A stretch of DNA of 64,000 bases, taken from Squalus acanthias. Lineage: Eukaryota. The stretch's first letter is position 1; the number at the start of each line of letters is the position of its first letter. The translations under genes were made by a program, and so were the position numbers. The stretch spans positions 29,080,001 to 29,144,000 of the forward strand of contig CM059432.1 in NCBI GenBank assembly GCA_030390025.1. The letters run 5' to 3'. This document shows positions 46,480 to 59,549 of the stretch, in pieces. Below the pieces are notes generated by a model. It was not told where the DNA came from, searched no databases, and was given only the letters and a program-made list of their open reading frames with translations.

Positions 46480-48965
46480 TTTATTTAACGTGGCAAAACT
46501 CCCTAGATGCTTCACAGTTGGGGATCAAACCCAAGCTCGAGCAGGAGGTAAATTTGGCAGATGTTAGGAGAGATGTAGTAAGAGAGGTGTTTGGGAAGAA
46601 ATGCCCAGAGCGTGAGGACTGAAGGTTTTATCACTAATGACGGAGTTTATGGAGGTAGGGTTGGAAGACAGAAGAGACCAATGTTGGAAGAGTTGGGGTG
46701 CAACCAGGTGGAGATTGTGGAGGTTGGGAGGAGTTGTGAAGGAATAAGCCATATACCTATTCAGAAAAATACACCATTCTATGAAAGAATTCTGGCCTTA
46801 TTAAAACATGACAAACTAGGTCTGGAAATCTGGAAACCTCAACAATCTAAAACTGTTACAGCATTCTGGTAATAGAGATAAGATAAGTTGTTGACACTGA
46901 ATCAATAACCCTATTGAAACAGGAGGTTGGAGACACCTGACGTCTGAATCTTTGGAAAAAAGACAATGGTACACCCTGTTAAGGTGTTCCAAATTACACT
47001 TCGGAAAGAAACACATAAAATTAAGAAACATATGCCTTCGTGGGAATAGCATCAATTGGGGGAGGCACCTGCCGTCACACCGTTTTTGTGTTGAACTTGG
47101 AACACCTATGGAGGAGAGACATAATTCTGTGTTACAACCAGCTGAGGTGACTAAGAATTGCATAGATCACCCTGTTTGAGGTATTTTAATTTACACTTTG
47201 TAAAAAGACACAAATAGAAGTCCTTGGTAAAAATGAAATTCAAATAGATGCACCTGCTGTTACACCATTTTGTATGGTGGGCTTGGGACACCTGGGGTAG
47301 AGACATAATTCTGCATTGCTACCAGCTGAGGTGACTGTAAGAATAGCAGGAGTCAGCAGAAAAATGACTAGAGATAATTAGCTTACATCAGCAGAAAACT
47401 TCAAAGGAAATACCATTGGAAAAGGGTATAAATATTAAGCTCTCAAATAGGAGAATAGATTCGCTGTAAAGGGGCAAAGCGATTCTCAGGCTTCAGAGGC
47501 GGCTCTATAAGTCTACAACGCTTTGTATCTCGGGGATCAAGGTAATGTATTTGATTTTGGTGGATATCCTGAATAAACTTTAAGAACTATAAAACTGTAG
47601 TGAAGTTAAGATTTGAGAATAAGGATCTCTGATAAAAGAATTGTAAGCTTTCTCTTTTTGGAACTGTTAATGTTGCGATTGAAACACCTACTGTAATTAC
47701 ATGTCGGTTCTTTAATAAATCTATATAGTTTTAGAATTGTCTCACATAATACTTCTGTATCAAACTTGCGAACTCAATCTCTGTACGCTCTTTGGTGAGG
47801 AGTTGCAGAATTCTGGGGTAGTTTTCCACACCCTCATAATATCCGGAAGGTTACAGTCTAGCTAAACTTATTAAAAGTGCTATCTGGAGGATGGTAACAT
47901 CTTCAGGTTGTTCCTTTCCTTTAGGGAGAGGTAGTCTGGACCTTTAGACCCAATTAAGCGTCTTTAGGATTCGGCTACCTCAAACTTTAGTTGAAAGTGA
48001 ACGTCTGAGGAATACGCCTGATCTGGGGTAGCCCTAAAGGGGCTAGGACTAGTAATTATCCCTTCAGAGGGAGGCTGTAGAATGACTTGTAACAAACATA
48101 AGTATTTTGAATTTGATGTGGTAAGGAACCGGAAACTTATGAAAGTCAGCAAGGTGGGTGATAGTTGAAAAGAATTTGGTAGGAAAGGATCATGGAATCT
48201 GGATGAGTTGGATTTTCTGTTGCGTGGAGCTTAGGAGGTTGGTGAGGATAAGTCGAGTCTGAAAATGACAATAGGCTGAGTGCGGATTGCAGCATTAGTG
48301 GAGGCAAGGTAAGGACAGAGACAGGTGATAATTTAAAAGTACAAGTAGGCAGTTTTGGATTTGGATTAGATGTGTCATTTGAAGCTCAGCTCAGGACACT
48401 GAGCTTGTATAGAATTGCAGTGAGTTTGACCAGTTTTCCAGGAAGGGGAGGGGTAGACTAAGATGCAGAGTTTCTGGCATGGGTCGATCAGAATGGGTTT
48501 AATTTTGCCAAGGTTGAGCTTTAGAAAGCTTTGGTTTATTCACGACCTCATACCAGTTAGGCAGTGTGGTGGAAGCAACAAGAACACCATGCAATTATAT
48601 AGCACCTTTAACATTGTAAAACGTCCCAAGCCACTACACAGGACTGTAATCAGACAAAAAAAATGACACCGAGCCACAGAAGAAGACCAAACTTTTGGTC
48701 AAAGAGGTAGGTTTTAAGCAGCATTTTAAAGGAGTAGAGAGAGAGAGAGGTGGAGAGGTGAAATAATAATATTCATGGAATTAAGGATGGTAGTAGATGG
48801 GTAAGGAGATATGCTGGCAGCAATGGAACCGTGAGAGGGCAGTGGACCATGAAGGAGGGATCGTGAAGGAGGGCGGTGTGGCCAACCTTGTCAAAAGCCT
48901 CAGAGAAATCAAGGATTCATAACATACTGTGACTACAATCAAACTGAATGGTGCTGGTAACCTGA
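46480..48965 (-). mobile_element. Decayed L2 fragments flanking the solo LTR
   Basis: L2 3'-end-like sequence at 46480-46745 and 48570-48760; ORF2-like remnants at 48100-48520 and 48780-48965, by similarity to 6689-7690 and 41578-41790. Confidence 0.55.
46854..48094 (+). mobile_element. Solo LTR, about 1.24 kb, ERV-like
   Basis: 7-bp inverted termini TGTTACA / TGTAACA; AAC on both flanks; direct repeats of about 65 bp at 47097-47162 and 47284-47348; TATAAA near 47427; AATAAA near 47572 and 47714. Confidence 0.7.
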
Positions 48966-50203
48966 GAGTGTTTGTTGTAGACAAGGCGTGCTGGAAATAT
49001 TTCATTTCCCCAACACAAACATCCAGCGCCAACATAAACCCATCCCTCCCTAAACAAAACATAGTTGAAAAAATTGTGCTCTTTTGAGAAAGTGGCACTG
49101 TAAAGAGGTAGACAGACTTATCCACCAAACTACACTAAAACACAAATCTAATATTTCTAAAATGACAGGACTCAGAGGTTTTCTAGCATGAAGGACTTCC
49201 CACATGACCTGACAAAATGGGGATTCGGTATTTTTTTTTAAATGTATAAATAATCGGTAAAAAAGAGTCTGAAATATTCAATGTATTTCAATGGAAATCA
49301 AAAGACACGGGGGGACCAAAACGGTTTGCTGGCGAAAGCACAGGCAATATATCAAGTTCAGAGATTTCAGACTTATATTTCAGAATATTGTGCAAATTGC
49401 ACATTTGGTGTCATGATGGGGCAGTAGGAATCCAATCTTACACCACATTAAGGACGGATTTCACAGGCTGACAGTCTCCCAGTGCTGAGATCTGTGAGAA
49501 CAGTTGGAAAAAAAAAACTAAAAAAAATCTAATCCTGCTGACTCTCTAGGTTTTAACTTTCTGAAAAAAAGGTTAACCTGAGAAACTTTCTTTGCACTCA
49601 GAGTGGAGCACAGGCCAAGCTGCGAGCTCGGCAGTGTCTTTCTGCTTCTTTTTTTTCTGTTCTCTTTTTCCTCACTTTTCTTCCCTCCGTTCCTGGCTCG
49701 GTGCCTTCAACCTAGTGGCTGTTCTTCCTGTGTGATTCCAGAGCGTGAATGGCAACAGGCTATTCTACCTTGGACACCTCAAGGGTGAGCCTGATTCTAT
49801 CCTCACCCAGTGTCTGCCCACTATCTCTCTATCGCTTTGAGCTGTGAACTGTTGAATAATTAGTACTGAATTATATGCCTTGACAACTGGTTGATTTAAT
49901 GCAAAGTACAATTTGGTGTGTATTGCCATGTTTTTTCCCTTTAAGCCAGAAGCAAGAAGCAATAAGAATGAATACTTGCATTTATATAGTGCCTTTAACA
50001 TAGTAAAGCGTCCCAAGGCACTTCACAGGAGCGTAATCAGATAAAAATAAGCGACTCAGACTTTTGTAGCTTTTATTTTACAACCAAGGATATATACTCT
50101 AATCCTGTCACTTTTTGCTGAATTTAAACTCTACCTATTCGCCTTCTCACCATATCCCTCAAGCACCGAAATATCGATATTCTCCTGAACACAATGATAC
50201 TTT

Positions 50204-51529
50204 GGGCCAGATTTTGCTGAAAAAATAACGGCGTCTGAATGACGCACGCCATTATTAATGCGCAAATCGGCCAGCAACCTGTGAACGGCGAATTACAAGC
50301 TGCTTTGTGAAAACGGCATCTGCACTTAACCTCCCTGTGATTTTCATGAAGTATCTGAATTTGCACATGAATTGCCCAGTAAACGCGGTGAAGAAAGTTA
50401 AGTATAGTAATTATCAGCGTAAGTACCCTTTTAGCGACATGATAATTGTTAATATCTGCGAATCAACCTCTCTTGCCCAGAAAGTAAACAATTATAAGTG
50501 GGGAGTCTCATTCCTTCAGGTTGTGAACTGTTTTAGGAGATTTTAAAATACCAAACTTTAAGGGGGAAAAATTGAGTCGCAACCCCTTTGGGGCGCTAAC
50601 ATCGTCAGGGCGCTACTTTTAGCACCCTGAAAAAGTTAGCGCCCCTGTGGCTGAAATTCATCGGGAGTGCCCCAAGAGGGAAGCAGGGCGCTACTGGAAG
50701 CGCACCGCCTCCCTCTTGGGGCGCTGCGAGGGAATATCGCGGCGCGACGTGGGTCGCGCCGCAGTACTGCAGGGCTTCCTCCCCTTCTTAAAGGGGAGGG
50801 GCCTTACACAGTGCGACCCGGGTTCCAGCTGGGCCACCAGGGATCGGAGTGCCGGCAAAAGAGCCCGGCACTTAAGAGGAGTGCCAGGCTCACGGAGCGC
50901 AGCCGGCACTCCGCGGGGGGGGCAGCTGAGGAGGCCGGGGATGGTAATGGGGGCTGGTGCTGGCAGGCGGCCAGCAACAAAAATGGCCGCCCGGCACCTC
51001 GCCTTTAATTAGCGCCGCCCCGGCCGCAGGTAGGCCCCTCTGACCCCGTCGGACATACCGAAGATCGCGGCCGGGGCGCGAGCGGGGCGCTGCGCACGGC
51101 AATGACATCATCGCCAGTGGCGCTGCACCGCGGGGCGCGAATGGTTACCGCCGCCACTAACCTCCCGCTGAATTTCGCGGGAGGCGTTGGCGGCGCCGCA
51201 CCTGGGCGCTATTTGCTTTGCACCCCGTTAGCGCCCTCTTAGGGCGCTAACAGGAGGCGCAAAGCAACCGAACTTTTCCCCCTAAATGTTTTAATGTTTT
51301 TTCTTACTTTTCCTTTCTGTCTCTTTTTTCTCTCTCTTAATCCAATCTTCTTTTCCCTCTCTTTATTTCTCTTTCTGTACCTGATTTGACATTGAATTCA
51401 CCCACTCTAATTCACTCTCCTTCTCAGTCCTTTCTCTGTTTATTTCTCAATCCTTTAATCTCATTGGTTAACGAGATAGACTGTCCCGTTGTTCAGCACG
51501 AGATGCCCCACTGCAGCAAAATCTGGCCC
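50204..51529. mobile_element. MITE family D-like element, host of a family B copy
   Basis: Perfect 16-bp TIR GGGCCAGATTTTGCTG / CAGCAAAATCTGGCCC; flanks TTT / TAT. Confidence 0.82.
50562..51282. mobile_element. GC-rich MITE family B, copy 5
   Basis: TIR GGGGGAAAAATT / AACTTTTCCCCC; TSD TAA. Confidence 0.9.
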
Positions 51530-52115
51530 TATTTGTTTTAATGACCTAGCTGGTAACCTATTCTGCAATTTTGTTACCCTTTTGGGTGAAAAAGTTCTCA
51601 CTGAATTCCTGTTTACTCCCAATTGTTGCCTAAAGGCAATATTTAAAAATTTATGCTCCCGGTGGGGAAAATGTTGGGTATTGGGGAACAGAGATCAGCG
51701 GCCCCACAAGTTTTTCCCTCTGCACTCGAATTGCCAAAATATGTTCCCGGCGTGGCATGGGGGCTGGGCTTATCTCTGCAAATTTATTAAATTACAATGT
51801 TAACTTTTTAGCCATTCGTCAGTGTGAACAATTTGATTGGGTCAGCTTTATCAATGAATGCCCTTCAGAATCTTATGAAACCTTAAGCCACATCAACATT
51901 TCCTCAAACCCAAACTGCTTAATCTTTTTTCACAGAATATTCCTGAGACCTGATGTTATCTTTGGTGCCTTAAGTTGAACCCTCTCCAGAACCATTCTAT
52001 CCTTGCTATGGTAAGATGACTGCACACAGTACATCAAATGGGATCGAACAGAACTCAATACAGTAACAAGAAGAGCTCTTCTAATTAGTTTTCTGTTTCT
52101 CCTATTGTAGCCAGT

Positions 52116-53313
52116 ATAAGAACATAAGAAATAAGTGCAGGAGTAGGCCATACGGCCCCTCGAGCCTGCTCCGCCATTCAATAAGATCATGGCTGATCAT
52201 CGACCTCAACTCCACTTTCCTGCCCGATCTCCATGTCCCTTGATTCCCCTAGAGTCCAAAAATCTATCGATCTCAGCCTTGAATATACTCAATGACTCAG
52301 CATTCACAGCCCTCTGGGGCAGAGAATTCCAAAGATTCACAACCCTCTGAGTGAAGAAAGTCTTCCTCATCTCAGTCTTAAATGGCATACCCCTTATCCT
52401 GAGACTATGCCCCCTAGCTCTAGACACTCCAGCCATGGGAAACAACCTCTCAGCATCTACCCTGTCAATCCCCTTCAGAATCTTGTATGTTTCAATGAGA
52501 TCACCTCTCATTCTTCTAAACTCCAGAGAGTATAGGCCCATTCTACACAATCTCTCATCATAAGACAGCCCTTTCATCCCAGGAATCAATCTAGTGAACC
52601 TTCGTTGCACTGCCTCCAAGGCAAGTATATTCTTCCTTAGATAAGGAGACCAAAATTGTGCACAGTACTCCAGGTGTGGTCTCACCAAGGCCCTGTACAA
52701 TTGCAGCAAGAATTCTTACTTTTATACTCCAACCCCCTTGCAATAAAGGCCAACATGCCATTTGCCTTCTTTATTGCTTGCTGTACCTGCATGCTAGCTT
52801 TCTGTGTTTCTTGCATGAGGACACCCAAATCTCTCTGAACACCAACATTTGAAAGTTTCTCACCATTTAAAAAATATTCTGTATTTCTATTCTTCCTACC
52901 AAAGTGAATAACCTCACATTTTCCTACATTATACTCCATCTACCACCTTACTGCCCACTTACTTAGTCTATCTATATCCCTTTGCAGCCTCTTTGTGTTC
53001 TCCTCACAGCATACTTTCCCACCTAGCTTTGTATCATCAGCAAACTTGGATACATTACACTCGGTCCCTTCATCCAGGTCATTAATATAGATTGTAAATA
53101 GCTGAGGCCCCAACACTGATCCTTGCGGCACTCCACTAGTTACAGCCTGCCAACCTGAAAAAGATCCGTTTATCCCTACTCTCTGTTTTCTGTCCATTAA
53201 CCAATCCTCTATCCATGCTACTATATTACCCCAACCCCATGAGCCCTAATCTTGTGTAATAACCTTTTATGTGGCACCTTATCGAATGCCTTTTGGAAAT
53301 CCAAATATACTAT
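52116..53313 (-). mobile_element. CR1 3' part
   Basis: ORFs 52206-52709, 52682-52939 and 52940-53197 (one frameshift, one stop); (TTCTTATG)n tail. Confidence 0.92.
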
Positions 53314-54379
53314 GTTGTTTGCTGTTTTTTTTTAACATATTTATTTCCCAATAATGTTTGAATCCCTTTCCCTATTCAGTGCTGTGAGTCTATTCCATTC
53401 AATCCATACTCTCTATTTTGCTTCCTTGCTCCCAGTAATTTTATATTTACATTTACCCCCATTGTAATGCATTTGCTGTCAACTGGCTCACTTTCCTAGA
53501 CGTTCTTCAGATTCTGGTGGCATAATTCCCCATTATTTGCTTTGCTTCTAATTTTCGTATCATATGAAAAACTTGGAGATGCCACCCTCACACAGGTCAT
53601 CAGCACATGTATCTTATAGAGATAACTTTACAAGGAATTAGTCTTACCTGTCAGCAGCCCATTCAGGCCCACGACTTTCCAGCCAGTGGACACTGGCCGC
53701 AAATTTCTGGCCTTATTAGTCGAAAGCAGAATCTCCAAGCCTGTGTTTGATAACACATGTTATCAGTAAGAGAGCCTAAGAGTGACCTCTAAGAAAGAAA
53801 AGAAAGACATGCATTTGATATTAGCGTCTTTCATGACTTCAGGGTGTCCCAAAGCACTTTACAGCCAATTAAGTAGTTTTGAAGTGTAGTCACTGTTATC
53901 TATAGTACTGTGCACACAGACCGCTTGAAGAGTATCCCTTTGTGGCCATCCACTGTTTCCTTCTTTTTGACCCAAAGTTCTTTTTCTTCTTGCTATCTTT
54001 TAGATAAGAGATTAAACCAAGCCCTTGTTTACCTGCTCATGTTGACATTAAGGATCCCATAGCAGTATTCGAAGATGAGCAGAGAGTTATTCCAGTGTCC
54101 TGGCCAACATTCATTCCCCAGCCACACCACCAAAAACAGGAAATTGATCTGATTGCTGCTCGTGGGACCATGCTATCTGCAATTGCCTACATAACAACAA
54201 TGACTGCACTTCAAAAGTAACTCATTGGCTGCAAAACACTTTGGAATGTTCTAAGAATGTCAAGGCGCTAAATTATTCCTAATAATTCTCTATTTTCTTC
54301 CCTTCTTTCTTGAAGCTGATGGCTCTTGCTAGGTCAAGGATCACAAAGTAACATTTTCCATTACCTCGGACAAAATACA

Positions 54380-54411
<32 letters not shown>

Positions 54412-54652
54412 GCACGCGTATCTATGTGTGGGTGTGTATATGCATTTTTGTGTTTTTGTGTGAGTGTACATGAGAGTGTGTAGGCATGTGACTTGTGAAT
54501 GTGTGAGATTATATATATGCGTGAATGTGTGTGTGTGTGTGGGGGGGTTGTGATGTTAGTATGAATGTGTAAGAGTGTGTGCATAAGCGATGTGTGTATG
54601 TCAGAATGAATGTGTATGTGTTAAAGTGAGTGTGAATATATGTGTGTGTTGT
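54380..54652. repeat. (TG)n-rich degenerate microsatellite
   Basis: Perfect TG run at 54380-54406 followed by degenerate TG-rich sequence. Confidence 0.9.
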
Positions 54653-55043
54653 GCTCAGTTTGGGTTTAAAAGGGCAGTCATGTAAGGCTGTGAAAATTGA
54701 GTTTATATTGGATGTACTAAAAAGAAAGGCTGAGAAAAAGAAATAGCAGCACATAAGGTAGGTAGCATAGTGGTTATGTTACTGGATTAGCCCCTTGACT
54801 CCTGTTGGGGTTCGTGTTGAGACTTCAACAGTCACTGGCAACACTCTGGTACATCACTTAAGTAACCATTCATCATGTACAAGCATAGAGAGCGATCATA
54901 TTCTGTATCATAGCCAGGCCTGATCACGTCTTCATCTCACATCCACACATTCCAGTAGGGGACGTCACTAGATTCCCATCAGGAATGGGAACTCTGGCAG
55001 ATTTTACCACTTTCAAGTTCAGGTGTATTAAGGTGAATCATAA

Positions 55044-57226
55044 GGCCCAATTTTAACCCTGCCCACTTGGCGGGAACAGGGTGGGCAGGTGGTTAAAGTG
55101 GCGTTCGTGCAATACCTGCTGCGTTCCTGCCCACCGCCATTTGAACGCCTGCCAAATTTCAGTCACGGGAAGGTGTCCGCTGTAGGCAGACGCGTACCTC
55201 ATCAATATTTAAATGCCGGGGTCCGATGGTGTCATTTGTACCCTGACGGATCTTACGGTCGACTGGTCCAGTAGCACTTTGTGTCAGAGCTGCCAGGGCA
55301 AGCTGGCAGCAGGTGGAATCGTGGCCAAAAGAGGCCCAGGTCAGGTTAAATTTTGACTTTTTTTTTAAGGTTTCCTTGTGGGCCAAGAAGCACAGGAGTG
55401 GTCCTCCGGGCCTCACAAATCTTGAGTCTCCCCTGCCCTGGGCTTCCCTTCCCCTCCCGATCGTAATTGCAATTGCCTCCGCACATCCTCCACCCATCTC
55501 CTTACGTTGGGGACTGTTCCCGTGGGTTCCCGGTTGTGGCCTCCTGACGCCTGAAATCCCGCTCCCGCCTGCTGACTGGGTTAAGGCAGGAGTCCGTCCT
55601 TGAATTTGATAATGAGGCCTGGGTTAAAATTTCCAACATTCCTTAGACTCTGGATCAGTTCCGATGGAGTGGAGGGTGGCCAATGTAACCCCTCTTTTTA
55701 AAAAAGGAGGGAGGGACAAAGCAGGGAATTATAGACCGGTCAGCCTGACATCGGTCGTGGGTAAAATGATGGAAGCAATTATTAAAGATGTCATAACAGA
55801 CCATTTGGAAAGTGGCGACATGATAGGTCCAAGTCAGCATGGATTTGTGAAAGGGAAATCATGCTTGACAAATCTTCTGGAATTTTTTGAGGATGTTTCC
55901 AATAGGGTGGACATTGGGGAACCAGTAGATGTGGTGTATTTGGACTTTCAGAAGGCCTTCGACAAGGTCCCACACAAGAGATTGGTGAGCAAAGTTAAAG
56001 CACATGGGATTGGGGGTAATGTGTTGACGTGGATTGAGAACTGGTTGGCACACAGGAAACAAAGAGTAGGAGTAAATGGGTACTTTTCAGAATGGCAGGC
56101 AGTGACCAGCGGGGTACCGCAGGGTTCGGTGCTGGGACCCCAGCTGTTTACATTATATATTAATGATTTGGACGAAGGGATTAAATGTAATATCTCCAAA
56201 TTTGCGGATGACACTAAATTGGGAGGCAGTGTGAACAATGAGGAGGATGCTAGGAGGCTACAGAGTGACTTGGACAGGTTGGGTGAATGGGCAAATGTAT
56301 GGCAGATGAAGTACAATGTGGATAAATGTGAGGTTATCCACTTTGGTGGTAAAAATAGAGAGGCGGACTATTACCTGAATGGTTGCAGATTAGGGAAAGG
56401 GGAGGTGCAACGAGACCTGGGCGTCATGGTACATCAGTCACTGAAGGTGGGAATGCAAGTGCAGCAGGCAGTCAAGAAAGCAAACGGAATGATGGCCTTC
56501 ATAGCAAGGGGATTTGAGTACAGGAGTAGGGAGGTGATGCTGCAGTTGTACAGGGCCTTGGTGAGGCCACACCTGGAGTATTGTGCGCAGTTTTGGTCTC
56601 CTAACTTAAGGAAGGACATTCTTGCTATTGAGGGAGTGCAGCGAAGGTTCACTAGATTGATTCCTGGGATGGCCGGACTGACATATCAAGAAAGATTGGG
56701 TCAACTGAACTTGTATCCTCTGGAGTTCAGAAGAATGAGGGGGGATCTTATAGAGACATTTAAAATCCTGACTGGTTTAGACAAATTAGATGCGGGCATA
56801 ATGTTCCCAATGTTAGGGAAAACTAGAACCAGGGGTCACAGTGTAAGGGTTAAGGGGAAGCCATTTAAGACTGAGCTGAGGAGGAACTTCTTCACCCAGA
56901 GAGTGGTGAATCTATGGAATTCTCTTCCACAGAAGGTTGTTGAGGCCAGTTCGCTAAATATATTCAAAAGTGAGTTAGATATAACACTCACAACTAGGGG
57001 GATCAAGGGGTATGGCGAGAAAGCAGGAATGGGGTACTGAGGTAGCATGTTCAGCCATGAACGCATTGAATGGCGGTGCAGGCTCGAAGGACCGAATGGT
57101 CTACTCCTGTACCTATTTTCTATGTTTCTATGTTTCTATGTTACATCATGGCGGTTTCCCTCCCGCCTTGGCCCCCCCCCCGCCCCCCGCCAGATGTACC
57201 CTCATGACCTGTGTTAAACTCGGGTC
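55044..57226. mobile_element. MITE interrupted by a young CR1
   Basis: Imperfect TIR GGCCCAATTTTAAC / GTTAAACTCGGGTC; flanks TAA / TAT. Confidence 0.6.
55664..57040 (+). CDS. CR1 ORF2 RT and C-terminus, uninterrupted 458 aa (element about 55631-57140, 5'-truncated)
   Basis: [30 protein letters not shown] and the full C-terminus; (TTTCTATG)n tail. Confidence 0.95.
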   Translation: MEWRVANVTPLFKKGGRDKAGNYRPVSLTSVVGKMMEAIIKDVITDHLESGDMIGPSQHGFVKGKSCLTNLLEFFEDVSNRVDIGEPVDVVYLDFQKAFDKVPHKRLVSKVKAHGIGGNVLTWIENWLAHRKQRVGVNGYFSEWQAVTSGVPQGSVLGPQLFTLYINDLDEGIKCNISKFADDTKLGGSVNNEEDARRLQSDLDRLGEWANVWQMKYNVDKCEVIHFGGKNREADYYLNGCRLGKGEVQRDLGVMVHQSLKVGMQVQQAVKKANGMMAFIARGFEYRSREVMLQLYRALVRPHLEYCAQFWSPNLRKDILAIEGVQRRFTRLIPGMAGLTYQERLGQLNLYPLEFRRMRGDLIETFKILTGLDKLDAGIMFPMLGKTRTRGHSVRVKGKPFKTELRRNFFTQRVVNLWNSLPQKVVEASSLNIFKSELDITLTTRGIKGYGEKAGMGY

Positions 57227-57917
57227 TATAGAGCCCGTTCGGTTGCTATGGCTGAGATAAATTAATTCAGCACAGATTGGGGATTAAACCTAGCACTTCC
57301 TGTTTGTGTGTTTCAGTACTACAGCAGGCAGTACATTTACTTACAAAGGCATTTTATATATTTACGGTCAACTGACACTTAGAGCAAAATGCTCAAGGAA
57401 AGTAACCTGTTAGAAACTTGCAGTGAAAAGTAAGAACTTGCACTTCTATTGCATCTTATCACTTCCCTCAGGATGTCCCAAAGCATTTTAAACCAAATGA
57501 ATTACTTTTTGAAGTGCATTTACTGTATAATATGTAGATGAACAGCAATGACCCACAATCAAGAATGAGGTCATTGACTAATGAATCTAATGGTTGAGAG
57601 AGTATTGTTGGCCAGAAGACTGGAAGAACTCGCTTCCCTGCTGTTTTTCAAAGTGTCGCCATGGGGACCTTCCAACCTTTTAATAACTCTTTGAACCACC
57701 AATCAGGAGCTTGATTTACCACCTCCAAGGGACAATGGGCTGAATTTTAATGTGGAAGAGCGTGTGGGCTTGGGTGTGGGTGGGGGGGTTAAATCCGATG
57801 AATTTGACAGTGCATCGAGAAGCCGGCACTAACCCACCGCCTTCCGCATTTGACTGGAGCACGTTAGGCTACGTGCGCGCAACAGCCTCAGGAGAGGTAG
57901 GTTGTCAATTTCCATAT

Positions 57918-59178
57918 ACTAATCATTTCAAAGTGGATGACCTCACATTTGCCTGCATTGAAATCCATTTGCCACAGTTTTTCCCATTCACTTAATTTGT
58001 CGATATTCCTTTGTAATTTTATGCTTTCATCTACACTGCCTACAATACCACCTATCTTTGTGTCAGCGGCAAATTTGGATATATGACTTTCTATGCCATC
58101 ATCTAAGTCATTAATAAATATTGTGAATAGTTGAGGCACTAGTCACATCCTGCCAATTTGAGTACCTACCTATTATCCCTACTCTCTGTCTCCTGCCGCT
58201 CAGCCAATTTCCTAACCAGGTCAATAATTTGCCCTCAATTCCATGGGCTTTTACCTTAGTTAACAGACTCTTATGTGGGACTTTATTAAATGCCTTCTGG
58301 AAGTCCATATAAATAATATCCATAGACATTCCCCTGTCAATCAGGTTCATCAGGCATGACCTGCCTTTCACAAATGCATGCTGGCTCTCTCTGATCAATT
58401 GAAAATTTTTGAGGTGTTCAGTCACCCTATCCTTAATTATAGACTCTAGCAATTTCCTGACAACAGATGTTGGGCTAACTGATCTATAATTCCCTGGTTT
58501 CCCTCTCTCGCCATTCTTAAATAGCGGAGTGACATGCACAATTTTCCAATCTAAAGGAACTGTTTCTGAATCGAGAGAACTTTGGAAGTATAATTTGGGC
58601 ATCTGCAATGTTTTCACCTACTTCCTTTAAAACCCTGGGATGGAAACCATCTGGTCCTGGGAACAATTCACTCTTTAGTGCCATTATTTTCTTCATTACT
58701 GTTATTTTACTTACATTAATTTTATTGAGTCCCTGGGCTGGATTTTGAATGACCCATGGAGTCGGGTTTGGAGGCGTGTGGGGGGTTAAATTTGCGGGGT
58801 CGGGGGTCCCGACCTCATCCCGCCTCCATGCAATTTTGACAAAATCAGTCGCGGGGTTCCCGACTCCGTCCCGCCTCCAAGAGGCGGGAGAGGCCATTAA
58901 AGCCCTTAACAAGCCCTAAATTGGCTCTGTAATGCCATTTTGAAACGTTTCAGTTAGTTTAACCCTTTTCCGACATGAAGTACGCCTGGTGTGAAACACT
59001 CCAGTGAAACCTGGCGGGAGCACAAGTGGATAGCTGACTATGAGCTGCAAGTCCACTATTAGAACGGAGATGTGATGAAGGTAGTAGTATTAGGTCTGAA
59101 AGTCGCCTCTGATGCTGTTGCATTGAATGTCTTCAGAGACTGCATGGCCTTTGCTGTGAGAGGACTTGGATGCAAAAA

Positions 59179-59210
<32 letters not shown>

Positions 59211-59545
59211 TCCACTCACAGCAAAAGCCAGGCAGGTCCTCTCTCACCAACATCTGACCTGCAATGCAGCAGCAATGATGACATCATCAGAGGTGACTTT
59301 CAGACTGAAACTACTAATTAGTTCATGGGTTCCCACATGCTGGAACTCAATTGCCCAATTAAGTGAAAATTGCATCATTCATCCACATTAATCTGGAGTC
59401 GGGGGGGAACACGAAATGCGGATAACACGACCCCAAGACAAAATCCAGCCCACCTGTCCCTGATTTAATATTAGTTTCCTTGAGATTTCTGGCATGCTCT
59501 GATCTTCTTCTACTGTAAGTACTGATGCAAAGTAATTATTCAACA
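57918..59545 (-). mobile_element. Older CR1 RT fragment interrupted by a MITE
   Basis: ORFs 57888-58139 and 58111-58617; resumes at 59452-59545 (LNNYFASVLTVEED). Confidence 0.85.
58735..59451. mobile_element. MITE family C, second copy
   Basis: TIR GGGCTGGATTTTG / CAAAATCCAGCCC; colinear with 18209-18934; flanks CCT / ACCT. Confidence 0.85.
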
Positions 59546-59549
59546 GAAA

